Shown here piece after piece: positions 10,512 through 19,964 of a DNA stretch of 64,000 bases. Source of the stretch: Candidatus Moranbacteria bacterium CG10_big_fil_rev_8_21_14_0_10_35_21 (lineage in GTDB: Bacteria > Patescibacteriota > Minisyncoccia > Moranbacterales > UBA2206); NCBI GenBank assembly GCA_002773095.1, contig PFCG01000018.1, positions 25,008 through 89,007 of the forward strand, given 5' to 3'. Under the pieces are notes generated by a model. The model had not been told where the DNA came from and searched no databases. It saw only the letters and a program-made list of their open reading frames with translations. Position numbers and translations under genes: made by a program. The stretch's first letter is position 1. Every line of letters starts with the position of its first letter.

Positions 10512-12056
10512 CTAGGCTCCTGGTTCGTTTCCGGAAAGTTCTGCTTCCACTTCTTCTTTTTTTTGGCTCTTCAAGAGACCTCGGAAATATTCCAGGTCTT
10601 TTTTGGTGATGCCTTTCAAAAGATAAAGCACTCCCAGATAAATAACAAAAATAATAAACGAGTTAATTAAAAATAACCATCTTCCAGTTGGCAATTGGGT
10701 GGCAATTGCAAAACATAAGATTCCACCAAACCCGACTTTCAAAAATTCCCAAAAATTAATACCAGCGCCAAAGTCTCTTTTGATATAAAAAAGTGCAACG
10801 AGCATAATCAAAAAAGAAGTGATAGTAGTTGCCAATGCTGATCCGACAATCCCAAAACGCAAAATCAAGAAGTAATTTAAAATCACATTTACAATCACGC
10901 CGATGGTGGCAATTCCCATCGCTAGTTTGGTTTTTCCAGCACCGTTCAGAGCAAAACTTAAAACATAAAAAATAGTCAAAAAGCCAACGCCATATTCCAA
11001 GACTGACATCGCCATTGCGCCAGAGGCATAGTTTTTTCCATAAAGCAGAGTTAAAGTTTCGGTAGCATAAAAAGACATCAAAACAATCATCGGCATCAAA
11101 AGAATCAGCATCATTCGCAGAGCTTGCGCAATCAGCGGTCCAGCATTCTTGAAATTTCCGTTAGCACTAGCTTTGGAAACCATTGGCAACATAAAAATGG
11201 TCATGGCATAAAAAATATAATAAGGAATTCTTCCGGCAGTGAGTGCTGAATTATAAATTCCAGTCAATTCATCACTTCGAAGCAAGGCTTTCACTAAATA
11301 TAAATCAATACTGATAAGCAATTCATATGCCAAAAAGAAAATCACTACCTGCCAAGCATAGTTGACCAATTTTTGCCACGGAAACGACTTGTCGTCCCGA
11401 GCTTGCCCGAGGGATCTACCAGATTCTTCGGCTAATGCTTTTTGTTTAATCATTTTTCCAATCCAAAACCTATCAATCAAAACAGCAATAATAAAAGTCA
11501 TTAAAGGCGCTGCGAAATATCCTGAAATAGCTCCTTCCACACTCCAAAAATAAGCTAAAATAATAACTAGGATTATTCGAAAAATAGAGCGCACCGTCTT
11601 GAGGGTAGCTTGAGTATTAAATTGATGCAGACCAGTATAATAGGAGAAATAAAACGAAGCAGCCGCAAAGGCGGGAATAATAAGCGTAGAAAGGCGGAAA
11701 AGAGGGGTCAAAGTAGCATCATTGAGTAAATTAGCGATTAAAGGAGCGGATAGGTAAAAGAGAGCAGTAATTACCCCGATAATCAGGATTTGAAGCCTTA
11801 TAGACCGTTTTTTGATGTTCAAGACGGTCTTGGAACTGGACTCAAAAACCTCACTAATATACTTGGCCATAGCAGTCGGAATACCGTTCCCAATGAGGAT
11901 AATAATCATCGTAGTAAGAGTAATGACTAATCCATAACGTCCATAATCCGCCGGTCCCAGAACTCGCCCCAAAACAGCGTGGATAATAAATCCCGAGAGA
12001 TTAAAAACTATTTCAGAAATTGTAACCCAAAGGGCTGACTTGGCTATAGTTGACAT
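10512..12056 (-). CDS. MOP-superfamily flippase (Wzx / MurJ-like polysaccharide biosynthesis protein)
   Basis: N-terminus MSTIAKSALWVTISEIVFNLSGFIIHAVLGRVLGPADYGRYGLVITL and about 14 TM helices, characteristic of Wzx/RfbX/MurJ. Confidence 0.75.
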   Translation of the reverse strand: MSTIAKSALWVTISEIVFNLSGFIIHAVLGRVLGPADYGRYGLVITLTTMIIILIGNGIPTAMAKYISEVFESSSKTVLNIKKRSIRLQILIIGVITALFYLSAPLIANLLNDATLTPLFRLSTLIIPAFAAASFYFSYYTGLHQFNTQATLKTVRSIFRIILVIILAYFWSVEGAISGYFAAPLMTFIIAVLIDRFWIGKMIKQKALAEESGRSLGQARDDKSFPWQKLVNYAWQVVIFFLAYELLISIDLYLVKALLRSDELTGIYNSALTAGRIPYYIFYAMTIFMLPMVSKASANGNFKNAGPLIAQALRMMLILLMPMIVLMSFYATETLTLLYGKNYASGAMAMSVLEYGVGFLTIFYVLSFALNGAGKTKLAMGIATIGVIVNVILNYFLILRFGIVGSALATTITSFLIMLVALFYIKRDFGAGINFWEFLKVGFGGILCFAIATQLPTGRWLFLINSFIIFVIYLGVLYLLKGITKKDLEYFRGLLKSQKKEEVEAELSGNEPGA

Positions 12057-12628
12057 AAGTTTTTTATTTCCTCAAAAATTTCTTCTTTATTCCGATTACC
12101 ATCAATTATTTTCAATTCAACTTCTTGCGCAAATTTATCATATAAATCTTTTTTGGTTTTTAAATATTCCAAACCTTGATCTGGTTTTCTTTCTCTTTGC
12201 ATAATTTGCTCCGGATCAGTTTGCAAATAAAGTGCCACTTCCGGTTTCGGCACTATCCTTAAGCCCGGCTTAAGGATAGTAGGATTTTTTGTATAAGATA
12301 AGTATTCAATATTAATTATAGAATCATAAAAATAGCGATCGGAAATCAGATAATCATAGTTGTTACTTAACTTGTTCAGTAACATTTTAAATCTCCATAA
12401 ATCAATCTTAAGAAATATTTTTCGCAACCATATTTTGCCTGCACTCGCGATCACAACACTCGGAGCCGAACCAGAAGCTTTATGACCGATCAGTTTATTC
12501 GCCAAACTAAACTCAATCGCATGGAAATAGAAGGCTTTCTTTTCCTGCGACTCCAGATAATTTTTGAGCAATTGTATTTGGGTGGACTTTCCTGATCCAT
12601 CTAAACCAGAAATGGTTATTATTTGCAT
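12044..12628 (-). CDS. tmk: Thymidylate kinase-like P-loop nucleotide kinase
   Basis: P-loop ISGLDGSGKSTQ and the DRY motif LISDRYFYDS, both hallmarks of dTMP kinase. The 3' end overlaps the flippase gene by 13 nt. Confidence 0.55.
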   Translation of the reverse strand: MQIITISGLDGSGKSTQIQLLKNYLESQEKKAFYFHAIEFSLANKLIGHKASGSAPSVVIASAGKIWLRKIFLKIDLWRFKMLLNKLSNNYDYLISDRYFYDSIINIEYLSYTKNPTILKPGLRIVPKPEVALYLQTDPEQIMQRERKPDQGLEYLKTKKDLYDKFAQEVELKIIDGNRNKEEIFEEIKNLCQL

Positions 12629-12632
12629 ATTT

Positions 12633-14162
12633 TTAATACATTAAAACCGCAATGGGTTCCATTTTAGCTACGGCTTTGACGATTTTGTTTTCTTCCATAC
12701 CTTGAATTACTTCTTCCACGTCTTTATAATATCCACGGTCTTGCAGAACCACACCCTTTGATTTGGCATTAAAAAGCTTCACGTGACTAGCTTTCATTTT
12801 TTGCATCAGCGCTTCTTTATCTTGTACAGTATCTGTCAAAGGATCTTTTCTGCGACCGGTTCCATGGCTGGCTGAGAAAAAAGTAGATTCATTTTCATCA
12901 GTGCCGACGGCCAAATAGGCGGGGGTACTCATCGATGAAGGAATAAAAACCGGCTCACCTGTTTGCGAAAACAAAGGATGATCTGCCATTCTGGCTGGAC
13001 CATTGGCTCGCACGGTGCCGTTACGATGAACAAAAACATCACGGCCAAAATGATTTTCCTTGTGGATGAAAACATGAGGTTTATCATAAAGTAATTCGAA
13101 TTCTGGATTTTTCCAAAAAACTTTTTCAATCGTTTGGTCAATTTGATGAGTGAGAATGGAGCGATTGGCAAAACCTTGGTTCGCCGCCGCATTGTGTGAA
13201 GTCAGAAATAATTTTCCTTCAATACTATCCGCGTCATAAGCAAAATATTCTTTTTTGTCTTTGTAGCCCTCAATTTTTTTATATAACTCTTTGAATTCCT
13301 TTTTATATTCAGTGCCAAAAAACATTTTCCCCAATTCAAGAATAACTTTTTGGCTAAAATGTTCTTTTCTTTTTGGTGTGTAAAGATACGACGCATATTG
13401 TCCGAGCAATCCTGAACCAGTATGGAGCAAAAATATATATTGACCGACTTTAATCCCAAATTTTTCCGCCACAGCGTGATCTTTAATCTCCGTGATTTTC
13501 ATTAAATCCAAAAAATGGTTTCCAGCTGCACCTAAAATTCCGAGGCGATATTGGCCGATATGCAAAAATAATTTAGGGATGGCGTTGAGAATATCTTTTT
13601 CGATCGGAATTGTGTCGGTTCCGCCATAGGCGGATCCACCTTCGGTGGAGAAAAAATTTCCGCTTTGAAAAGTATTTTCAATTTCATTTTTAGTTCTAGT
13701 TTGAAAAAAATCTTTGACTGCTGCGCTACCTTTGCGACAAATATCCATCACTAAAGAATAGGGGATTTTGGTGCCAACATAGGTTTTAGTTGGAACGGCT
13801 TTGATTAATTCATTGAAAAGTAAATCAATTTTTTCCGGAGTCAAATCCGCGTCTGTCAGATTGGTTTTCAAAAACCGCATTCCACAGTTGGGAGAAGTGT
13901 CATTAATTTGGGGCAAAAGAAATTTTTCCGACGCTACCACGGTTCCGGTAGGATTTTTGCGTCCTTTTTTGCTGTGAACATCACTCAAGGCCACAACGTG
14001 GCGAAAAACATGCGGGTCCGAGGCTACACCTTCGATTTCCGCCAGGGTATCATCGTTAGGCATCAAATCATCAGAAACATGCAAAATAGCCGGCACTTTC
14101 ATAGTGTCGGTTTTCAATTCTTTTTTGTGAACGGATAAATTTTTTATATTATATTTGCTCAT
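12633..14162 (-). CDS. rtcB: RtcB-family RNA ligase (3'-phosphate/5'-hydroxyl RNA-splicing ligase)
   Basis: LSDVHSKKGRKNPTGTVVAS, GAAGNHFLDL (the GNHF metal site) and ASHGTGR (His-GMP site). Confidence 0.8.
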   Translation of the reverse strand: MSKYNIKNLSVHKKELKTDTMKVPAILHVSDDLMPNDDTLAEIEGVASDPHVFRHVVALSDVHSKKGRKNPTGTVVASEKFLLPQINDTSPNCGMRFLKTNLTDADLTPEKIDLLFNELIKAVPTKTYVGTKIPYSLVMDICRKGSAAVKDFFQTRTKNEIENTFQSGNFFSTEGGSAYGGTDTIPIEKDILNAIPKLFLHIGQYRLGILGAAGNHFLDLMKITEIKDHAVAEKFGIKVGQYIFLLHTGSGLLGQYASYLYTPKRKEHFSQKVILELGKMFFGTEYKKEFKELYKKIEGYKDKKEYFAYDADSIEGKLFLTSHNAAANQGFANRSILTHQIDQTIEKVFWKNPEFELLYDKPHVFIHKENHFGRDVFVHRNGTVRANGPARMADHPLFSQTGEPVFIPSSMSTPAYLAVGTDENESTFFSASHGTGRRKDPLTDTVQDKEALMQKMKASHVKLFNAKSKGVVLQDRGYYKDVEEVIQGMEENKIVKAVAKMEPIAVLMY

Positions 14163-15270
14163 AAATTTCTTGATATTTTTGGGCTATTTTATTAATATCA
14201 AAATTATCTTCCGTGAACTTTCTGGCTTTTTCGCCTAATTTTTCTCGCCCCTCTTTACTGTGATAGAGACCAAGAATGGCATCCATAAGCTGTTTTGGAT
14301 CATCCCTTTTTATAATAACCGAATTATCCGGATTGGCGAATTCGGAAAAAATAGACAAATCAGAAACCACTACCGGCTTTTGGCAAGCCATTGGCTCAAT
14401 AGCCGAAAGGGGAATATCAAATTTCCCTCTCATATCATTCACTGGAAAAATAATCACATCAGAAGAATTATATAAATCATTCATTTCAAATATGGTATCG
14501 GTAAAAACCGCCATCTCTAAAATTCCGGCTTGGTCCAGTTTATTTATTACTTCCTGTTTTTTCTTTTTATCTGCCTTATGCTTAATCCGACAAGCAAAAA
14601 TAATTTTTATTTTTTTCTCCTGAAGAATTTTAGAAAATTTCATCATCATTTCTAAAATTACGTCAATACCCTTCAGTCGAACATATTCTCCAGGATAAGT
14701 TATTACAAACTCATCCGGTTTTACACCCCAACGATTCAACAGATAGGTCTTTTTGGGAGCAGGGGAATAATATTCCAAATCAATACCTGGAAATATTTTT
14801 TCCACATTTTGAAATCCCATCCTATTTAGCCTTAATTTGGAATGTTCCGAATAAGTCACGATTAAATTGCCAAACATCATTTTTTTTATTTCATTTTCTG
14901 AATAAATATCTTCTCGTAAGGTGGCAATAGTTTGAATAGATTTGGTTTTTTCGTTTTGAATAAAATATTTAGCTAAAAAAGTGTTTAACTTAGTGGGAGT
15001 GAAAATATAATGCATTAACGGATATTTTTTCCGATTTAATATAAGATGTAGAAATAATTTAGTTTTTTGCAATAAACTAAAATGATTAGAAGAATAAATA
15101 GGAATTTGAGTAACATTCTCTGGAAGTTCCGGAATCGGACCATTGGTTAATAAATTAAAATTGAAACTGGCCAAATTTTTGGACAAATAAAAAGCGAAAT
15201 TTTTGGAAGCTTCATCCCAAGGGGGAGTAATTGGACGAGTGACTAAAAGAATTCTTTTATTATTTTCCAT
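14149..15270 (-). CDS. GT4-family glycosyltransferase
   Basis: C-terminal DIPLSAIEPMACQKPVVVSD (E-x7-E-like region) with Rossmann-like halves. Confidence 0.65.
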   Translation of the reverse strand: MENNKRILLVTRPITPPWDEASKNFAFYLSKNLASFNFNLLTNGPIPELPENVTQIPIYSSNHFSLLQKTKLFLHLILNRKKYPLMHYIFTPTKLNTFLAKYFIQNEKTKSIQTIATLREDIYSENEIKKMMFGNLIVTYSEHSKLRLNRMGFQNVEKIFPGIDLEYYSPAPKKTYLLNRWGVKPDEFVITYPGEYVRLKGIDVILEMMMKFSKILQEKKIKIIFACRIKHKADKKKKQEVINKLDQAGILEMAVFTDTIFEMNDLYNSSDVIIFPVNDMRGKFDIPLSAIEPMACQKPVVVSDLSIFSEFANPDNSVIIKRDDPKQLMDAILGLYHSKEGREKLGEKARKFTEDNFDINKIAQKYQEIYEQI

Positions 15271-15273
15271 TTT

Positions 15274-15630
15274 TTATTTTAAAATCTTATAAATTTCTTT
15301 CTTTTCAATACCATCAAAAACAACTACAGTTATTTTTTCTTTGGGTAAATTTATATTTTCTAAATTTATTGTTTTCTTTTCGCCTAATAAAACTTCAATT
15401 TCTCCTGATTCTATCTTACTCTCTCCAGCCAAAATTTCCCAATTAAAATTGTTTTGATTGCTGTGATTTTCAATTGCAAAACTTATTTCGGATTCCTTTG
15501 GATTTCCAAAATAAATTGACCACCAGCTAGATTGAAAATTTGGATTAAAATATTTTTTTTCTGCCCCAAAAAGCCAGAATGAGCTGACTACGAGGAGAAT
15601 AACTATTAATAAAATTATTTTTCTTTGCAT
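15274..15630 (-). CDS. Small secreted or membrane-anchored hypothetical protein
   Basis: N-terminal hydrophobic signal anchor MQRKIILLIVILLVVSSFWLF. Tightly packed between two other minus-strand genes. Confidence 0.35.
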   Translation of the reverse strand: MQRKIILLIVILLVVSSFWLFGAEKKYFNPNFQSSWWSIYFGNPKESEISFAIENHSNQNNFNWEILAGESKIESGEIEVLLGEKKTINLENINLPKEKITVVVFDGIEKKEIYKILK

Positions 15631-15638
15631 AAGTAAGA

Positions 15639-17513
15639 TTAATTGGTTTTATTAAAAATAGCTACTTCTGGGCTTAAATAAAGCAAATCAAAATTTCGAC
15701 TTCTTTTAAATTGGTCGCTATCAAAAGCCGGATTAACCGCCAAGAAATTAACGCCCGTCTCCTGAAAGCATTTTTGCCCTTTTTCTGATTCTGGGCTGGA
15801 AATCATCAATAATGTGCATTGTTCACGAGGATTAGTTGAATCTTCGTAGCGCTTAAAAAAACTGCGTGAAAGAGGATAACGATAACCGCGCATAAAAAAC
15901 AATTTCATCCACGCGTCGCCGGTTATATAATTATGATCTTTAAGCACATTATCGGTAGGAGTGGTATTCTTGGCTAAATATTCAGTAGCGTTAAAAGTTT
16001 GTATAAGTTCAGCGGTTTCCACCTTTCTTTTAAAAGCGGCGGCCGAATCATAAAGCCCTCCTACTAAAACAAAGGTTAAAATAATCACAAAAGTCAACTT
16101 GGCCAAAGTTCCGGAAACATAATTTTTAAATTGGGAAAAAATTATGAAAAAAGAATAGGCGCTTAAAATAGCCAGGGGATAGGAAAGATAATTACCAATT
16201 CGATTACTAGGCAAATCAAGAAGGAGCCATTGTGGCCTAGTAGCCATTAAAAATATAGCCAAAAACCAGGCCACTAAAATCGCATAACCAACATTTTTTT
16301 TCTTGAAATTAAGCACCATCAACAAAAGGGCAAATAATCCCAAGGCTAACCGAGGTTCGCCAACAGCCGATTTCAAGTTATTTAAACTTAATCCAGTTCT
16401 GGTTATTTTTTCTGGTGTGCCCACCGCCGTTTCAACGGAATTATTTTTTATATAATTAGGCGTAAAAACCAAAAGAAAAAAGATTAACCCAATGGCCAGA
16501 GCCGACAATACTGGAGGAGAAAAAACCAACTTCCTGATTTTAACAAATATTTCTTTTAGATTTTTGAGATTAACTGCCAAAAAAATCAGGATAGTAAAAA
16601 TAAAGACAAAAATGAAAATAAAAGCGGTCAAATGATGAGTATAGAATAATCCGAAGGTGATAAAAACTGCTAAAGCCAAAAATTTTCTAGCCAAGGAAAG
16701 GGTTAGGGATTCGTTTTGAAAAAAATCAAAGGCTCGAAAATAAAAATAAAGAGCCACTGGCATCAAAAAATTTCCAAAAATATTTCCAATTACTCCTCCA
16801 CTGACGAATTTTGACTGGGGAGAGGCAACCGCATAAAGAACACCCAAAAAAAGTAGTGACAGAATGGCAGTATTTTTATTTTTGAAAATTCGCAGCACCA
16901 AAAGAAAAACCGCTAAAATTCCCATCAAATTTATTAAGTGTAAGATAACCGTCGGAAAAGCAGAAAAAAAGCTCGCTCCACTAATGAGATTAACTATTCC
17001 AAAAACAATATGTTCGCCAATAATAAAATCTGGCATACCTTCATAGGTCGGTAGTTGTCCACTTTCAGCCATCCATTTGGCCCAATACATATGATGACCC
17101 ATATCGGTGGCGGTCGGCAAAATAGTTTGAGTAAGATAGGCTGTTTTTATAAAAAAAGTTAGAAAAAGCAGAACAGCTACCAACCAAAACTGGCGAGAAG
17201 AAAAATCAAAAATTTTCTCTTCTTTACTTTCAGAAAATTTGCGTAGCTTAAAAATAATCAAAAAAATAGCTGAAACCAAAACAATTCCGAAAATAGAAGA
17301 AGATCGAGTAATGGAAATTTGCAGTCGACTATAAACAAAAAAAATAAAATCAACCACCACTAAGCTCAAAGCAGGTGAGAGAATGAATTTTTCTATTTTT
17401 TCCAAACCGCCCTTTTTCCCAAAAATAGCCAACAGCAAAAAATACCCAGGCAAAAATAACACCAGAATTATGGCTAGATAGAATAATACTTGTGATTGAA
17501 TAAAAGTTAACAT
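15639..17513 (-). CDS. Large polytopic membrane protein of unknown function (possible GT-C-type glycosyltransferase or polymerase)
   Basis: About 14 TM helices and a conserved-looking loop TATDMGHHMYWAKW. It has a C-terminal soluble domain and is embedded in the glycosylation locus. Confidence 0.45.
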   Translation of the reverse strand: MLTFIQSQVLFYLAIILVLFLPGYFLLLAIFGKKGGLEKIEKFILSPALSLVVVDFIFFVYSRLQISITRSSSIFGIVLVSAIFLIIFKLRKFSESKEEKIFDFSSRQFWLVAVLLFLTFFIKTAYLTQTILPTATDMGHHMYWAKWMAESGQLPTYEGMPDFIIGEHIVFGIVNLISGASFFSAFPTVILHLINLMGILAVFLLVLRIFKNKNTAILSLLFLGVLYAVASPQSKFVSGGVIGNIFGNFLMPVALYFYFRAFDFFQNESLTLSLARKFLALAVFITFGLFYTHHLTAFIFIFVFIFTILIFLAVNLKNLKEIFVKIRKLVFSPPVLSALAIGLIFFLLVFTPNYIKNNSVETAVGTPEKITRTGLSLNNLKSAVGEPRLALGLFALLLMVLNFKKKNVGYAILVAWFLAIFLMATRPQWLLLDLPSNRIGNYLSYPLAILSAYSFFIIFSQFKNYVSGTLAKLTFVIILTFVLVGGLYDSAAAFKRKVETAELIQTFNATEYLAKNTTPTDNVLKDHNYITGDAWMKLFFMRGYRYPLSRSFFKRYEDSTNPREQCTLLMISSPESEKGQKCFQETGVNFLAVNPAFDSDQFKRSRNFDLLYLSPEVAIFNKTN

Positions 17514-17526
17514 AAAGTACTAATTT

Positions 17527-18642
17527 TTAATTAGAAATTGTCTTTTTTATTTCTTCCAAATATTTTTGGGAAATCTTATCCCAACTATAATTTTCGATAA
17601 TAAATTGCCGAGCCTTTTCTCCAAATTCTTTCCTCGAAAAATTATCTGACAAAGTTTCGTTAATTTTATTTATCCAGGCTTCGGCATTTTCCGATTCAAC
17701 CAAAAAACCATTTTGCCCATCTATTATAGCATCTTTTAGTCCTTCAAGATTGGAAGCTAGAACAACTTTTCCGCAAGCTCCGGCTTCAATGGCCGTAATT
17801 CCAAATCCTTCCATTGATCCTGCCACTTTTATGTTGGGGGAAACATAAAGGTCGCAAGTACTGAATAATATTTTCATGTCAGGACGCTGCAGATTAGTCA
17901 GCAAAATAACGCGCTTGGACAAATTCAAATCCTGAACTGCTTTCTCAATATTTTCATAATCATTAGTGTCTCCAGTTGTTTTTTTAGCTACCATTCCTCC
18001 GGCGACTACTAAAATATAATTTTCAGACAATCTAGGCATAACATTGCGCACAAACCAATCAACTCCTTTGTGTTTTACAAATCTCCCTCCTCGGAAAATT
18101 ATTTTTTTGCCTTCAAGATTTCTCCCTAGCAATTTTTCCAAATCAGGTCTGGAGTGATTTTCACAAACTTCATTCGCGTCCAATCCATTGGGAATAAAAA
18201 CGCACTTATCCTTCGGTATGCCAATTTTCACCGCTTCATTAATAGTCTCATTTCCCACCATTATTAATTTATCCATCTTTTTTTCAGAAGGAATATTCAC
18301 AAATTTATAAATTTTTCCAAAAAAAGAATTTTTTGAAGCATAAGTAATATCTAAACCATGAACGATACAAAAATATTTTTGCTTTCGATAAAAAAATTTC
18401 ATCACTGCGCCAATTGGAGACAGAACTCCGTCGCCGAAAACTATCGCATCATAGGACGGAATCAGAAAAAATAATTTCAATGTAAGCCACGGTAAAAAAA
18501 GAGGCAGAAATTTTTTGCCTTTTTTATTTGCGATTATTTTGGTTTCTGTTAGTTTTCCAAGAGCCTTGGCAATGCCATAATTTTGCATTTCAATTCCACC
18601 CACCACTGGAGGATAAGCCCGAGAAATGAAAAGTATTTTCAT
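17527..18642 (-). CDS. GT4-family glycosyltransferase
   Basis: MKILFISRAYPPVVGGIEMQ and SMEGFGITAIEAGACGKVVLASNLEGLKDAIIDGQNGFLVE (E-x7-E). Confidence 0.8.
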   Translation of the reverse strand: MKILFISRAYPPVVGGIEMQNYGIAKALGKLTETKIIANKKGKKFLPLFLPWLTLKLFFLIPSYDAIVFGDGVLSPIGAVMKFFYRKQKYFCIVHGLDITYASKNSFFGKIYKFVNIPSEKKMDKLIMVGNETINEAVKIGIPKDKCVFIPNGLDANEVCENHSRPDLEKLLGRNLEGKKIIFRGGRFVKHKGVDWFVRNVMPRLSENYILVVAGGMVAKKTTGDTNDYENIEKAVQDLNLSKRVILLTNLQRPDMKILFSTCDLYVSPNIKVAGSMEGFGITAIEAGACGKVVLASNLEGLKDAIIDGQNGFLVESENAEAWINKINETLSDNFSRKEFGEKARQFIIENYSWDKISQKYLEEIKKTISN

Positions 18643-18648
18643 AAAAAA

Positions 18649-19599
18649 TTATTTCTTGTATTTTTCCTTGCGCAGAAGATACATTTGGTCTTCCGATATT
18701 TTGCGATTGTTTTTAATCATATCCGCCATCAAAGCGAAAACTAAAAATTGCAGACCAACTAAAAGAAAAGTTATAGCCACTAAAAGAAAATTTTTATAGG
18801 GAGTGATTTTGAAATCCTGAAAATACATTAAAATAAAATAAATAAAGAAGCCCGCTGAAATCAAAATCATTATCAAAGAGGGGATACCGAAAAATTTCAT
18901 CGGACGCACATCACGCACCGCTTTTAAAATTATGCGAGCACTATTATTGACATAGTTGTAAACACTTTTTACCACTCGAGATTTTCTTCCGTCAAAATAA
19001 ATCACTTCTACCGGAACCCACTGAACTTTTAGATTTTTTCCAATGGCATCAATGATGGTTTCTTGGGTATAAGTAAAATTTCCCGGCAGGTTCAAGCGCA
19101 ATAAAGCCTCTTGGGAATAAGCGCGAAATCCGCAAGTCAAATCATTAATCTTATGATTCATAAACTTTCCGATAATCCATGCTGCCATGCGATTAAGATG
19201 ATATTTGGATCTGGGCATATTTTTTGCTTCATGATCTCCAAAGCGATCAGCGCTCACAATATCAGCCTTTCCCGCTAAAATCGGAGCTATTATTTTTTGA
19301 ATATCATTAGAATCAAATTGTCCATCCGCATCAATATTAACCATAATATCAGCCCCATTACGCAACGCCTTTCCAACCGAGGTTCTAAAAGTAATCCCGA
19401 TACCCCGATTAACCGGATGAGAAAAAACAAAATCAGCGCCAGCTTCGCGAGCTCTTTGAGCAGTTTGATCTTTTGATCCGTCATCAATAACCTGCATAAA
19501 AACCTCATTCACGCCTTCGATTTGCCGAGGAATTTTTTTAATGGTTTCGGCAATTTTATCCTCTTCATTAAACGCTGGAATATTAACAACTAATTTCAT
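18649..19599 (-). CDS. GT2 polyprenol-phosphate glycosyltransferase (DPM1 / GtrB / ArnC-like): donor-lipid synthase for the GT-C enzymes
   Basis: VVNIPAFNEEDKI...DDGSKDQTAQ, which is a GT2 DxD-type catalytic domain, followed by two C-terminal TM helices (LVAITFLLVGLQFLVFALMADMI). Confidence 0.8.
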   Translation of the reverse strand: MKLVVNIPAFNEEDKIAETIKKIPRQIEGVNEVFMQVIDDGSKDQTAQRAREAGADFVFSHPVNRGIGITFRTSVGKALRNGADIMVNIDADGQFDSNDIQKIIAPILAGKADIVSADRFGDHEAKNMPRSKYHLNRMAAWIIGKFMNHKINDLTCGFRAYSQEALLRLNLPGNFTYTQETIIDAIGKNLKVQWVPVEVIYFDGRKSRVVKSVYNYVNNSARIILKAVRDVRPMKFFGIPSLIMILISAGFFIYFILMYFQDFKITPYKNFLLVAITFLLVGLQFLVFALMADMIKNNRKISEDQMYLLRKEKYKK

Positions 19600-19666
19600 A
19601 TATTTTAGATCCTGAGACTCGTTTCGTCATTTAATAAAGACGAAATTGGCTCAGGATGACCAGAGG

Positions 19667-19897
19667 TCATTTTTTCTTAATGATTAATTTAGGATCCACA
19701 CAATTGATATCACACTGGGCATTCTTAGTTCCGTTCTCAATCAGATTTTGAGTGCAAATATCAAGATTGGTTTTGCATTTGGCTTTGCTCTGATTAAAAT
19801 AATCCATATTATATTCATAACCAAAATAATTCAAAACAAAAGCTGAAACCACAATCAGCCCAACAATCCAAACTATTAATTTAATTAATCTGAACAT
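19667..19897 (-). CDS. Small Cys-rich membrane-anchored hypothetical protein
   Basis: N-terminal TM (LIKLIVWIVGLIVVSAFVL) and six Cys residues in 40 aa (CKTNLDICTQN...CDINC). Confidence 0.3.
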   Translation of the reverse strand: MFRLIKLIVWIVGLIVVSAFVLNYFGYEYNMDYFNQSKAKCKTNLDICTQNLIENGTKNAQCDINCVDPKLIIKKK

Positions 19898-19964
19898 ATA
19901 ATTTTAATATTAATTTCAAAATCCAACATCCATACTTCGTAACTCATAATTCTTACTTCGTAAT

